A program made the position numbers and the translations under genes. The notes beneath the pieces are model-generated. The model searched no databases. It saw only the letters and a list, made by a program, of their open reading frames with translations, and was not told the origin of the DNA. A DNA stretch of 64,000 nucleotides from Haliotis cracherodii (lineage: Eukaryota): assembly GCF_022045235.1 (NCBI RefSeq), contig NW_027266319.1:59954001-60018000 (forward strand), read 5' to 3'. This document shows positions 25,190-37,800 of the stretch, piece by piece (position 1 is the first letter of the stretch; each line of letters starts with the position of its first letter).

Positions 25190-25440
25190 GACCCGTGAAG
25201 ATCCGGGGTAGAATAGGTCTTCAACAACCCATGCTTGCCTTAAAAGGTGACTTTGCTTGAAGTAAGAAGCGACTAACGGGATCGGGTGGTCAGGCTCGCT
25301 GACTTGGTTGATGCATGTCATCGTATCCCAATCCCGATGCTCATAATATCAATCACTGGACTGTCTGGTCCCGACTCGATTATTTACAGACCGCCGTCAT
25401 GTATCTGGAATATTGTTAAGTACGGCGTTAAACAACAAAC
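25190..25440 (+). mobile_element. Family C element, full length (reference copy)
   Basis: gacccgtgaagatccggggtagaataggtcttc...ggcgttaaacaacaaac; no Pol III A or B box seen. Confidence 0.9.
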
Positions 25441-25471
25441 AGGGAAGACACGACTTTCAAAACTCAAAGTA

Positions 25472-25645
25472 CAGTAAACTAAGGTTATAACGAACTCAAA
25501 GGAACCACTAATTTTAGTTCGTTATAACCGTAGTTCGTTATAAGCATATATACAGCATATATACAACAAATGGCCGGGGCTAAAAATAAGTTCGCTATAT
25601 CGGTCAGTTCGTTATAAGCGTGTTCGTTATGAACGTAGTTTACTC
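25472..25645. mobile_element. Tigger/pogo-like MITE (about 175 bp)
   Basis: TA target duplication; TIR CAGTAAACTA(C)GGTTATAACGAAC; four copies in the window. Confidence 0.88.
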
Positions 25646-25899
25646 TACGTATAATGACTTCGGCCTTGTGTCAGCAACCCGCTTGTCTCATACTGCGGAT
25701 ATCTCGACATAAATTCGATAGTTCTCAGTACTTATAGTTAACGCGATGCCATTGTATACGAGTTCAGAAACGTGTGATATCCCCCAAATTTACAAATGAA
25801 TCACCACCCTATGGAAGAAAGTTCATAAACGTCTCGCAGCATCCTGCCCTCATCCTCCTCCGCATCAGACGACGAGTCTTCAAGGCGATCCCCTTGAAT

Positions 25900-26500
25900 T
25901 ACCGGTCCTCGTTACTCCAGCTTATATACTCAAGGTGAAAGTAACGCTAATATAGGCCGGAACATGGCTTTAACTGATAAACCATCCCTAGTTAAAGCAT
26001 TAGCTCCAGCTGCTAAGGGCCTTGTAAGTCATAGAGCTAGAGTCAATTGTGTCAGAAGAGCTTAAACAATGGATAAGGTTGGATAACAAATTGTCAGATC
26101 CGTGGCGTGTTCAATCTGTACCAGAATACGGTTGTCTTGAAGCACAGCGAAGATGTATGGAGAACACAACAGGGAACGTTTGAAATAACAGGAGATAATT
26201 GAACAAAATATTTGTTAGTTAATATATGTGCAATATGATTGCATATTGATTACCATATCGTTCATACCTTCGGGTGGAGAAACCGTTGATTACTAGGGTA
26301 AGAATTCATGTTCAGCACAGCCAGCTGAGGAATAGTAGGATCGAGGATATTACTTCAACATGACAAGTCTTCCACTGGAGGATGATCAATAACAGAGCTT
26401 TTTCAATCGTAACAAAATTAATGTTGCTTTTTTATATTATAACCACATTATCAGTACTTCAAAGGAGCCTTACAGCGTCTGTTTTTAACATATAACCAGA
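25900..26500 (+). pseudogene. Highly decayed LINE reverse transcriptase fragment
   Basis: LKQWIRLDNKLSDPWRVQSVPEYG resembles QxVxxxxxxSxxxxVxSGVPQG; flanking ALTDKPSLVKAL and FNRNKINV are in the expected order. Confidence 0.4.
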
Positions 26501-28015
26501 TACACATAGTTTCAACATGGAATTCTTTATTTCTAATTCTTTGTTTCTATCCATTCAGAGTTTAAAAAAAACATAATTGCGTTTTAACATTGTCATTTCT
26601 TTCGGAACAGCCTCAGGGAAAGCAAACGATCAGTGCCCATCATGGAATTCTTTATTTCATTATAAGTTTTCTGCTTAACACTAGCAGAGAAAACAGATTT
26701 TTACACCACAATAGTTAAACACAAGCGTGGAGACAGCAAATGTAATTTCAAACTGTTTGTGAGGTTTAGGGGTAAACGCATATGTCACAACATCGATTGT
26801 AACAGGCGAGCTAAAAATCGCACTTCGCGGACTAAAATCGCTTTGAATTAGCTCCACTTGAAAGAGGGCGTCCTCAACAAATTGCCTGATAATAAAATTA
26901 GTTAACAGAAACAAATTATAGTGGCTGAGATAAGAATCGGAAGCACCTTTGAAACCATGCGGGAAATTATAGCTGGTACAGTCGCACCTTGCTGTATTCC
27001 AATCTCGAGGCTCCACATGATGGAATGTAATACCGTTAATTGATATTTAGATGAAATGTATTCATTATGAAGTTCATTATTTACGGCATCCCGTTCGCAA
27101 ATGCGATTATTGAAGCCCCGAGCCTATGCGGAATATCTCAGTAGAGGATATATGCAATAATACAGTTCAAATTCTATTTGTTTTTCAACAAACTGTATTC
27201 AGATTATACACCCTGAAAAAAAATCGAAACCCCTACCACATGTCTCCATGGGCAGATTCACAAAATATCAAAATATCAAGTCGATACATGACAACAAGAG
27301 TTGAATATATGGTCAAAGTAATATTTTCAAAATGGCCGTGGCGGCCATGTTTCTGCTCGAATCTTGTGGGTAACCCATCCGTATAGGTGAACAACAATGC
27401 ATACATCATACAGTTACAAAACCAATTACAAGCTATCACACGTTCGCCCTTGTATTATCTACATTTGTAAACTGTAGAATAATATACATATGACAACACA
27501 GGGTTAAAATTCCTTACACCTTTTCGGTAAAAGTAATATCTCACTAACTCTTCACGTAATCGGGTCCACTCGGGTCCATTCGGGACTACTCGGGTTATTC
27601 CGCTACCTACATTACACTTCGGTCAGCGATGGGGGAGTGACACATGACGCGAGATCCCGCCCATATAGTTATTATTCCACGACGGCTATTTTGGAAGAAC
27701 GGTTATTCTCTGCCTAACGGAAATTAGGTAATCTTTCTACACGTTGATTTGAAGACAAAAACAAACGGAAACAACTCATTGGGTTCATGGCTGCCGCAGG
27801 TTGTGTCATGTGATTAAGCTCGAAACTGGTTACAATATGGCTGGCTGCCATCCTACTGGACGAGCCGAGTGACTCCTCACAGTTGAAATAAGTGTAGCTA
27901 TCGTTATGGTGTTATTACATAATGCTGGCCTGGTGAGAAACTAGTCCTGACGATAGGCGAGTCAGTAACGCATCCTTTGTGCAAATCACAGCCATAGCTT
28001 TTGCAGGGGTCGGGT

Positions 28016-28217
28016 GTGAGTGAGTGAGTGAGTGGGTAGGTGAGTGAGTGAGTGAATGAGTGAGTATGGTTTTACGCCGCTTTTAGCAATTTTCAAGCAA
28101 CATCAAGCGGGGGACACCAGAAATGAGCTTCACACTTTGTACCCACATGGGGAAATGGAACCCGGGTCTTCCGCGTAACAAGCGAACGCTTTAACCACTA
28201 GGCTACCCCACCGCCCC
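28016..28217 (-). mobile_element. Family A SINE with long (GAGT)n tail
   Basis: Reverse-complement match. Confidence 0.88.
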
Positions 28218-29419
28218 AAGGTGATAAAGAGATTCCCCGGGGCGTTGTGTGTGTTAGTGCCTCAGTGGTTCCTCACACGTCTTTTTAATGCCTCACACTG
28301 CAGAGTAGTATATGTTTCTGTGTATGCGTGTATGTCAGGGGAACGTGATACAGTTGACGCTGACGAATGACTTTTAGTCATGTTAACCCCTGTGGCATCT
28401 TGGCAACGACAGACTGGCATTCCATGGTACGTTCGGTGATCAGATCATGATTGTTAGCAAGGATTAACAAGTTATTGCGTGAGTGAGTAAGGTTTTACGT
28501 CGGTCTTGGCAATATTACAGCAATGTCACAGCGGGGGTCAGCGAAATTGGCTTCACGTATTGTACAAACTGTTCACCCCCGCAGGATGCCTTATTGGATG
28601 TTGTTGAAAACAGATGTTTATAGGGAATCTAATGCACCTACAATATGTCTAGGAGACCAAAGATTGTCAAATAAAGCGACAAAACCCATTCCATATCCAA
28701 TAGAAATCTCTGCATGAAGCATAACATAAAAGGAAACGGGTCCAGCAGTTATCCCTGTCGCAACCCTCTCTCAAACACAGCAGTGGCAAGGACACAGACA
28801 TTAATATGCAACTGATGAGAAGAAAGCCCCAAAAAATGGCTATGCTGGTGGTGAGACGACAGCTTAATGGGGGGTTGGGGATGGGAGGAGGAAGCGAGAG
28901 AATAATCACTTCAAGGATCTCTGTCTCAAATACGGCACAAGCATTTTTCGAGTATTTCCCGAAAGAATTAGACGTGTACAGAGGCTTTCGATGACAGCCA
29001 TAATTAATCACTGTTTGCTTTTTTGTTCTGAACTGTCACTTGTCGCTTTCATTTTTCGCACAATGCTATTGAACAATTGTCTTAAAAGGGTAAATTATGG
29101 CTAAGTTCACGTATTTGAACAAGGCACACACATATTGTTGCTTAAAGTCAAATAGAAGTGCGCAATTCGTGCATATTTTCTTTAACATATGAATGTGGTA
29201 CACGCTACTGATTTGACACGGTCTTCATTATAAAGCATAGGGGGGTCGAAGGGTTCGCCGGTCACGCTAAAAGTCCGGGTTCGATTACCCATTCAGTTTC
29301 CAAGTAATGCCAGTAAGCACATGATAATAAAAGCGAAAACCATAATCATAAAAATCTCGGCTAAACGCAGAGTTCATTACGATTCCGACTATATCATGAG
29401 CATATGTTTATGTAGACAG

Positions 29420-29625
29420 ACACCCAGTCTATGAAACCATTTCTTTAAAATAATTGTAATATTATTTTTCAGCTGCACTTTCCCGCCTCTGCTGTTTTCA
29501 TAACAAAGGAATCTAGACTTGGTTTAGATTAATCTACACTTGCCTAAACTTTTAGTAAAAAATCATGAAATATATAAATTCCTCAGTCAAGGCGCTGGAC
29601 CAGAGTTAATGAATCACTATCAAAT
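29420..29625. mobile_element. Short interspersed element, family shared with 45530-45725 and 60199-60414
   Basis: Shared ctctgctgttttca...ctagacttggtttag...cttgcc...cttttagtaaaa...cagtca. Confidence 0.6.
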
Positions 29626-29709
29626 AGTGATGACACCAGGTGTTCGCGAAAAGGTGAGCGTTTCCTGCCCCACATGTTGCACCCGTCATAAACACACGCA
29701 GAGGCAAGG

Positions 29710-29840
29710 NNNNNNNNNNNNNNNNNNNNNNNNNNNNNNNNNNNNNNNNNNNNNNNNNNNNNNNNNNNNNNNNNNNNNNNNNNNNNNNNNNNNNNNNNNN
29801 NNNNNNNNNNNNNNNNNNNNNNNNNNNNNNNNNNNNNNNN
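29710..29840. other. Assembly gap (131 N)
   Basis: Run of N. Confidence 1.
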
Positions 29841-30569
29841 TACAGCTAAATATCATCTCATTAATGTAAGTACAGCAAAGGTCTCGCATAAATTTATTCT
29901 AAATATACATTGAACCAATATGTCTAAAATATCAAGGAACGTAAATAGAAGAACACATGGAATTTAAATTCACTTCAGGATTTCTAATGAACTTTGTCAG
30001 CTACTTCAAAGGAATTATGCAATGAATTTCTTGTACCATCCGCAGCCTAAAAAAAATCCCAGTTTAACGATCTTTTGTTGGAAAATTTAATCAGAGCGAT
30101 CTCAAAAGCACATACGGAAGACAAGGTGATTGAATTTGCCTCGGTAATAAAGTTTTAATCGGCTTTGACAAATCTACGCATTGCCCTAAGGTCGTCTATG
30201 TACGATTTACAGTCAAGATATACGATTTCCAATTTCAGGCACCAACTTTTAACTTGATTAAGCTTTAATATAAACTTTTCAAACTCCAACAGCCAAATAC
30301 GTTTTTTTTTACAGTTTCGGAATTCTTTGATTGAATTTAGAATCTGGATTGAATTCAATTTTTTTTAAAATGGAAACATACAGACCCATAAAAAACCACG
30401 TGGTCCCACATCGTTGATATTTTAATTGTTTTGATTTCTTGTTTGTGTGAAGTAATTAAAAAACTTTTTTTTTTAAATCAAGGAGACAGTATTGATCTAC
30501 CACAATATACACGAAGAACACAAGAGGCGTAATGGCCTTTTGTATATACATGTATACATTTGATGGTTT

Positions 30570-30721
30570 GATCTACGCAATTGGGATCGATGACATGCAT
30601 CAACCAAGTCAGCGAGCCTGACCATTCGATCCCATTGGTCGCCTCTTACGACAAGCATAGCCGCCTTTTACGGCAAGCATGGGTTGCTGAAGATCTATTC
30701 TAACCCGGATCTTCACGGGTC
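30570..30721 (-). mobile_element. Family C element, 5' half
   Basis: Ends exactly at the family 5' terminus (…ggatcttcacgggtc). Confidence 0.88.
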
Positions 30722-31390
30722 GAGCCAAGTGTAAGAACACACCCTTGTACTTCCTGGTCGCAGGGTCAACTTATGATTAAATACAACTGTTTTTTATCAA
30801 CCACAAATGTAAAAGACACAAGTATATGACCATGACTGTAAGTAAAAACTATATATAGTCTGATATAAGTGAATTCAAATACCATGCGAGCTTCGAGATA
30901 CCAACATGACTGTGTTGCACTTTAAGACTTTCGTTATCTCGAATGGTGTATCTCGAAGAAATATTTAACTCGAACTTAATCATGTAGTATTACGCCATTT
31001 GACGTGTTCATATCACCGTCTGTCTCGAATTTCTGGTTATATCGAAGTGTTGCTATGATTCCTAGGTGTCTCGAGGTCTCCCATTGCTCCCCGAAATTTG
31101 AGATAACGTGACTTAGATGATGTGATATATATATATTACAAAAACGCTTATCAATTTACCTGACGTTACCCAATATTGACAGAGGCCAGCATGTCAACCA
31201 TTTCTGGCATCATGGTTAAAACAGCCTCAGGCTTGGGCTAGCCTTGCTCCAAGTCTTTACTGAATGATAAGCACATGGATGTAAAGAAATTTTATCCTTA
31301 TAATTTGTAAAAAAGAGATAAGCGGTCGCCAGTCTATTAAGGGACAACTTGTTCTTATTATTTATATAATCTAGAAATTATGATTTAAAC

Positions 31391-32010
31391 TAACAAGAAA
31401 AGAGCGTTATCACTACCCCCGATGCAGACACTATGCACTAAATAACAAAATATATTTTCGGGACCAATTTCCGACATCAGTCTTGACAGGTATTTCTAGA
31501 CTAACATCTAGTCTCTTAAATGAACATATCGTACTGAAAAAACAGTTGTTCAGTTATCTTAATAAATGTATAATAAAAGGGAGCCCAGTGACTCTCTTCA
31601 TTTTCAGAAGATACTGCAGTAATCTAGACTTGCCAAACATTATAGACTTGCATGGGCTGTATTTGATATATATTTGTATCAGGGTCTGTAAGACAGACTA
31701 AGGTATCTCTTATATAAGCATGCGAACTTTAATTCATATAACCTAAATAGTTTCTGAGAAATCTCGTCCCCATTTCACATAGTATGTACTAAGTTTAAAA
31801 GCATTGACCAGGGTCCATAACACTGTAACACATGAATGTACGACACCAATTTTCGAACTCATTTGTGATCGTGACAAATAACACCAGTGTGTGAAATTTT
31901 ATTTCCCTAACTTAAATAGTTTTGGAGAAGATATGTCAACCTTGAGAAGCGGACGGACGGACGAACTCCGTTCTCATATCCCCGCCCCACTTCGTGGCGG
32001 GGGATAATAC
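31391..32010 (+). mobile_element. Helentron-associated / pearl-like non-autonomous element
   Basis: Starts taacaag; internal repeated aatagtttYtgagaa blocks; (GGAC)n microsatellite; 3' hairpin ccccgccccacttcgtggcgggg; related copy at 61330-61675. Confidence 0.6.
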
Positions 32011-33178
32011 TCGTTGCCTTGGAGACGTGTGCAAGTCTAGATTGGGTCAACCAACGGTATATGAGAGACAATAGAAAAACAGTGGCCACGGAAGGGGGAA
32101 CACAAGCAGAATCGTCTCTCCATAAACGCTGCGAGCCATGTCGTCTTATTGTCACTGAATACGTATATATCCACAACAAATGCCACTGCTGTAGATTACT
32201 GATAGCTTTTTAAAGCCCTGGTTTGGCGTACAGTTACCGGTTATCTTCAAACGCCATCAGCAAAGACCTCTTAAATTCTTACAATAGTTGAATTCTCTGG
32301 ACTATTTCCTGGAGCGATGTCGTGGTTTTCCCATCAGTGATAGTTTTTCAATCAAATAAATATGTAAACATTATGTCGGCTCGTGAATGTTGAAAGTAGC
32401 ATCCCGTTACTTTTGAAGACAAAATCTAAATTATTTATAGTTTCTTCCAATTTTTGGCGCTTTTTAGACATCATTAAAGTTTTAAAAAAATAATACCAGC
32501 CAAATGGTTTGTGTTAAACTCCTGACAAGTTTTAAACGTATGTCTAATTGTTTAACCAGAAATATCAAATACGTGAAATTTAACATATTTTTCTTAACTA
32601 AACGTTGTGTATATATTTAAAATTGAAATAAACATAACATTTAAGTCTGAGGAAGGCCACACACTGACACAAACCATATGAGCTGGTCGTTTAGAGTTTC
32701 AAGTTTAAAGAGAAAGTAAAATTCTCATTTGAAACGAATCGCATGCTTCCATTCGTAAACAAACGCATAAGTGGCCATGCAGTGAGGCCAGATGGGGCGC
32801 AGATAGCGGGCAGGTTTTTAATCTGCCTTCGCGTTTGTTAGCGTCTTTGTAAATCAAATAAGTTGACATGTACGTTACCACCGAAATCTGAGAACAATGG
32901 CGGCTGGTAACTGCCGCCATGTTAGACTCGACCAGATCATGCTATTGTCTTCTTTCAATGAAAATTTTAACTTATAACAACTGTTATTATTATGATGATT
33001 ATATGAATCGTTATGCATCTGTATAACAAACATATACAATTTCTTAATGCATAATGTACATTAAATGTTTATTTACCTTAAAGTTTTATATTTACTGCCC
33101 AATCAGGGCGTTCTGTTCTTGGTTCTTCTTTTGCTATATACAAATATGAGAACTGAATATTGAAAAACCTTACAGATA

Positions 33179-33354
33179 CAGTAAATTACGGTTGTTACGA
33201 ACACGCTTATAAACGAACTGACGGATATTACGAATTTACTTTTTTGGTCCCGACGACTTGCTGTAGTTATGCTGTATATGTGCTTTTAGCGAACTACGGT
33301 TATAACGAACTAAAATCAGTAGTCCCTTGAGTTCGTTATAACCGTAGTTTACTG
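33179..33354. mobile_element. Tigger/pogo-like MITE
   Basis: TA|CAGTAAA...TTTACTG|TA. Confidence 0.9.
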
Positions 33355-34271
33355 TAACTTGATAACGTCAATATTACAATGAAAGGAACGTCGTATCATC
33401 CAACATTCACATTAGTCATAAATACATATATTTCGAAAAGGACCTGTATTTTCTCTAGCAATGGCTGGAAATATGAAAACACGCCTTTAATATCAGTAAC
33501 TGTGTGCAAATCTCCAGCTATTCAACGCGACTGTTTCATCTTGGTGAGTACATTACACGCCGTAATAGGTATTCCTAAAACAGGCATAAAACATGAAATT
33601 GTTTCCCGGATTTTATTACCGGGGAAAATCCGTATACGAGAACCCACAAGACGGGAGAGAATATATGAGAATCCACGAGAATGGGAGAGAATGTACGAGA
33701 ATCTCTGAGAATATGGAAAATGAAAACATGAGATTTCTGTTGTGATGGTCAAAGTGGCGTCAGTGTGTTTATGTTCACACCAAAACATGCAGTCTTTGAA
33801 ACAAGACCAACTCTCTTTAACCTTTGAAAAAAAGTTTAATCCTTAAATTATAATTTTATCTCAAATTGATCTTAAAATTTTCGAAGCTGGCTGTCTAGGA
33901 ACAAAGAGAGGGTCTTGAAAGAATTAAGCAGAAAGGCCAATTATAGGAACCAGCCATGAAGATTCGGAAACGTGGCCCCGGAACGGGTATTGATTAAACA
34001 TTATAGTAAAATTGTTTAAGCCATAAAAACATAAATCTCCTTTGATCTTGTTGCTGTTAAAATTTATTACTAATAACCTGTAGTGAATGAACACAGGGAT
34101 TAAGAAAGTGAAGCTTTATCAGAGCCCATAACGGATTTATTTATCACGGTATAAGTTTCCTACTATAATGCTCGGATCATGGGGTCAAAGAAACATATTC
34201 GCCAAAGTTGACAGCATGGACACCTCTTTGTGGCATCCTAACGTTTGGAGGAAAGCCCTAAGTCGGAATGA

Positions 34272-34555
34272 GTGAGTGAGTGAGTGAGTTGGGTTTAACG
34301 CAGCTTTTAACAGTATTCCAGTCATATCACGGCGTGTCAGCTTAATGTGGGAGGAAAGCCCGAAGTGATGCAGGTCTCAGACGTTTACCACTTCGGTGAA
34401 ACCCACGAGCTCGGGTATGGTGCTGACAAACCTAGAAACATAATCGGGGCGAACCAGGATTCGAACCCACAATTATAGGTTTCTGGCGTGGTCAAGGAAC
34501 GCAATTCAGCACAGAGAATCGCGGCGCCTTAGACGACTGGGCCACCCGTGACCCC
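34272..34555 (-). mobile_element. Family B SINE, full length
   Basis: TSD taag(t/c)cggaa(t/c)ga. Confidence 0.9.
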
Positions 34556-34569
34556 TAAGCCGGAACGAA

Positions 34570-34755
34570 GGAATGCAGGTCGGAGACCTGATAAAATCCA
34601 AAGTGATGTAGGTCATAGACCTGATGCAGTCCAAGATGATGCAGGTCATAAAGGCGATAAAGTCCAACGTGATGCAGGTCGTATACCTGATAAAGTCCAA
34701 AGTGATTCAGGTCATAAACCTCATAGAGTCCAAAGTGATGCAGGTCATAGACATT
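34570..34755 (+). repeat. 33-bp minisatellite, about 6 copies
   Basis: Unit approximately gtccaaagtgatgcaggtcatagacctgataaa. Confidence 0.85.
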
Positions 34756-35447
34756 TATCACTGAGGTCAAACTCACGAGCATGGATAATACGTGAAGAAG
34801 CATCTCGGCACTGAACTTGTATGTATTTCGAGCCTCATACTGAAAGTGGCTGATTGCGAGAGTTCTTACTGGAGCAAGATAAGATCTTACTCTCACGTTC
34901 CCAGCTGGTCCTGTTGAACAATATGTTATTCAAGGTGATACTCTTGATGGGAACAGGATGTCGAATATTGATCTGTATGCAATAACCATATATCTACAAA
35001 CATGAATCTGAAATACCACGACCACTACAATGGGCAGTTTGCACGGACCGGTCGTGGAGGAGACGGGTCACTGAGGTCATGCATCGATCTCTGTGCTAAT
35101 CAGACACAGCTTTACAACACCAGTTGGTACAACCCAGGATTATCTGCCATTACTGACAATCTACATCTTCATGTGTCTATAGAGTGGGTTCATCAGTCTG
35201 GTACTTGTCTGGATGTGGAATGTATGATTTGGTGGAGAATGGGTTAGATGGACTACAGAGTACATGCCCTGATCCCATCAGCTTAATACAACGTACTTTG
35301 TCTGCTGACCCGGGCCTTACACGAACAATCAGGAGGAATATGGGGATCGTAACCCTTGGTCATCAACGTCCAAATGGTTCCATTGAAGACAAATATTGTT
35401 TAGTTGCTGTAGATTTTAACAAGCGGTACTTTCTGTTGTATGATTCT

Positions 35448-35690
35448 GTTTGTTTGTTTGTTTGTTTGTTGTTTAACGCCGTCGACGACGTTCTCTAAAT
35501 ACCCGAGTCCTTACCAGACAATCCAGTGATTGATATCATGAGCATCGGGACTGGGATACGATGACATGTATCAACCTCGTCAGCAAGCCTGACCACCGAT
35601 CCCGTTAGTCGTCTCTTACGACAAGCATAGTCGCTTTTTACAGCAAGCGTGGGTTGCTGAAGACCTATTCTACCCGGATCTTCACTGGTC
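35448..35690 (-). mobile_element. Family C element
   Basis: Ends at …cccggatcttcactggtc. Confidence 0.88.
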
Positions 35691-36279
35691 TATGAAAGGG
35701 GGTCACGAGATAACTGGTAAGCAAATAAACATCAGCGTCCTATTATCCGATGAAACAAATTCCATTAGGCGTAAAAGGGCAATTAGGGCAAAAATGGGAA
35801 ATTATGTGACTCGATCACTGAAATCAATTTCACATCAGTCTCACATCAGTTTCACAACTCTTCATTCTGGCATAAATCAGCAACCCTCCCCAGATTCAAC
35901 ACTATCTCCGCGTATTCGGTGATGATAACGAAGGTGGTGGGACTAAGGTCAGCTTGTACTTCATCCGTCAAGACCAAACAATCATTCAAGCAGCATGACT
36001 TCATAGCCGTTCACTTACAATGTGATTAACAGCTCCACTATCGCCCGCCTGACACAGACCATCTTAATGAGCCCATCTCTCCCTCTTCCTCCTCCACCTG
36101 GGCTCTAACAAATGGAACCACTTTGCTGTCTCTTCTATCCAGCATCACTACTCCGTATACATCCGAGGACCTCTGACCTTACACGCGAGCAGTGTTCAAC
36201 TGCTGTTCTACAGTGTGTTATGGCCACAAACAGAAAGTCGTAAGACTGACATTGACTTTATCCCGAGGTGATACAACCC

Positions 36280-37095
36280 ATCTGTGCAGGGTAGGAACCT
36301 CCCTGGACAATCGCCCCAACCCTACACGAGCCCACTGTATGTAGTCCATCTGTATCAGGGTAGGAACCTCCCTGGACAATCGCCCCAACCCTACACGAGC
36401 CCACTGTATGTAGTCCATCTGTATCAGGGTAGGAACCTCCCTGGACAATCGCCCCAACCCTACACGAGCCCACTGTATGTAGTCCATCTGTATGAGGGTA
36501 GGAGCCTCCCTGGACAATCGCCCCAACCCTACACGAGCCCACTGTATGTAGTCCACCTGTATCAGGGTAGGAACCTCCCTGGACAATCGCCCCAACCCTA
36601 CACGAGCCCACTATATGCAGTCCATCTGTATCAGGGTAGGAACCTCCCTGGACAATCGCCCCAACCCTACACGAGCCCACTGTATGTAGTCCATCTGTAT
36701 GAGGGTAGGAACCTCCCTGGACAATCGCCTCAACCCTACACGAGCCCACTGTATGTAGTCCATCTGTATGAGGGTAGGAACCTCCCTGGACAATCGCCCC
36801 AACCCTACACGAGCCCACTGTATGCAGTCCACCTGTATCAGGGTAGGAACCTCCCTGGACAATCGCCCCAACCCTACACGAGCCCACTGTATTTAGCCCA
36901 ACTCTAGTAGCGTAGGAAGCATCCCTGGAAAGTCGCCACAACCTTTTTCTACGAGTTCACTGTATCTAGCCCTCTGTAGTAGGGTAGGAACCGAGAGTCA
37001 ATTCGTGGATAAACCTTGCATGAGCCCACGGTACGCAGCCAATCTTTAGTACAGTTAGAACCGAGAGTATCTCTAGATAAACGCATCAAACGAGC
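36280..37095 (+). repeat. 69-bp minisatellite, 9 near-identical plus about 3 degenerate copies
   Basis: Unit tgtatcagggtaggaacctccctggacaatcgccccaaccctacacgagcccactgtatgtagtccatc. Confidence 0.95.
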
Positions 37096-37623
37096 TCACC
37101 CACACTGACATGAACCTAGTAAAACCACAACACTAAGATTCTTCTTGTAACAAGGTGACTTCCTATAAGAACAAAAACATATAATTCCCTGAGGTGAAGC
37201 AATGGCGTAAAGCATCTCAACAATACATGACCCCATGGTATTTAATTCAAGGTTGTCCATCTTGGAGCTATGACTACCAAACGTCCACAACACTAACATA
37301 GGATAGCCGCAGCTCTGAGATCGCTTTGTGAAACGAGTCCTTAACCTTTCATCTGAGGAAAGACTATTCCTGCAACAGCACCAACACAGATACCCTATAG
37401 ATAAATCAATGAATATTAAAAAACTACAGGTGTTACGTCTGCATGAACAGAAATGCATCAATTGTCAATGGCATATGTGTTTATATAATTAACTACTTAA
37501 AACGGATTCAGTGTAGGCAATTCAAAGGGGACTGGTCAACTGGCAGAGCAGGGAGACACTTGTTTGTTTCATGCTGGCTGCTACTTTGGTTATTATTACT
37601 CAACATTTTGGTGATATCGCATA

Positions 37624-37800
37624 GAGTAAAGTACGGTTATAACGAACTCAAAGGGACTACTATTTTTAGTTCATTATAACCGTAGTTCGTTATAAGCATA
37701 TATCCAGTATAACAACAGCAAATAGTCGGGACCAAAAAAAGTAAGTTAGTTATATCCGTCAGTTCGTTATAAGCGAGTTCGTTATAACCGTAGTTTACTC
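37624..37800. mobile_element. Tigger/pogo-like MITE (GAGT/ACTC ends)
   Basis: TA|GAGTAAAGTACGG...CCGTAGTTTACTC|TA. Confidence 0.88.

Noticed and set aside
28667-29011. Membrane-protein ORF
   Set aside because: Only a hydrophobic patch; no splice signals or recognisable homology.
36258-36941. 207-227 aa repetitive ORFs as real genes
   Set aside because: They are open on both strands only because the 69-bp unit is a multiple of three; no splice or start context.
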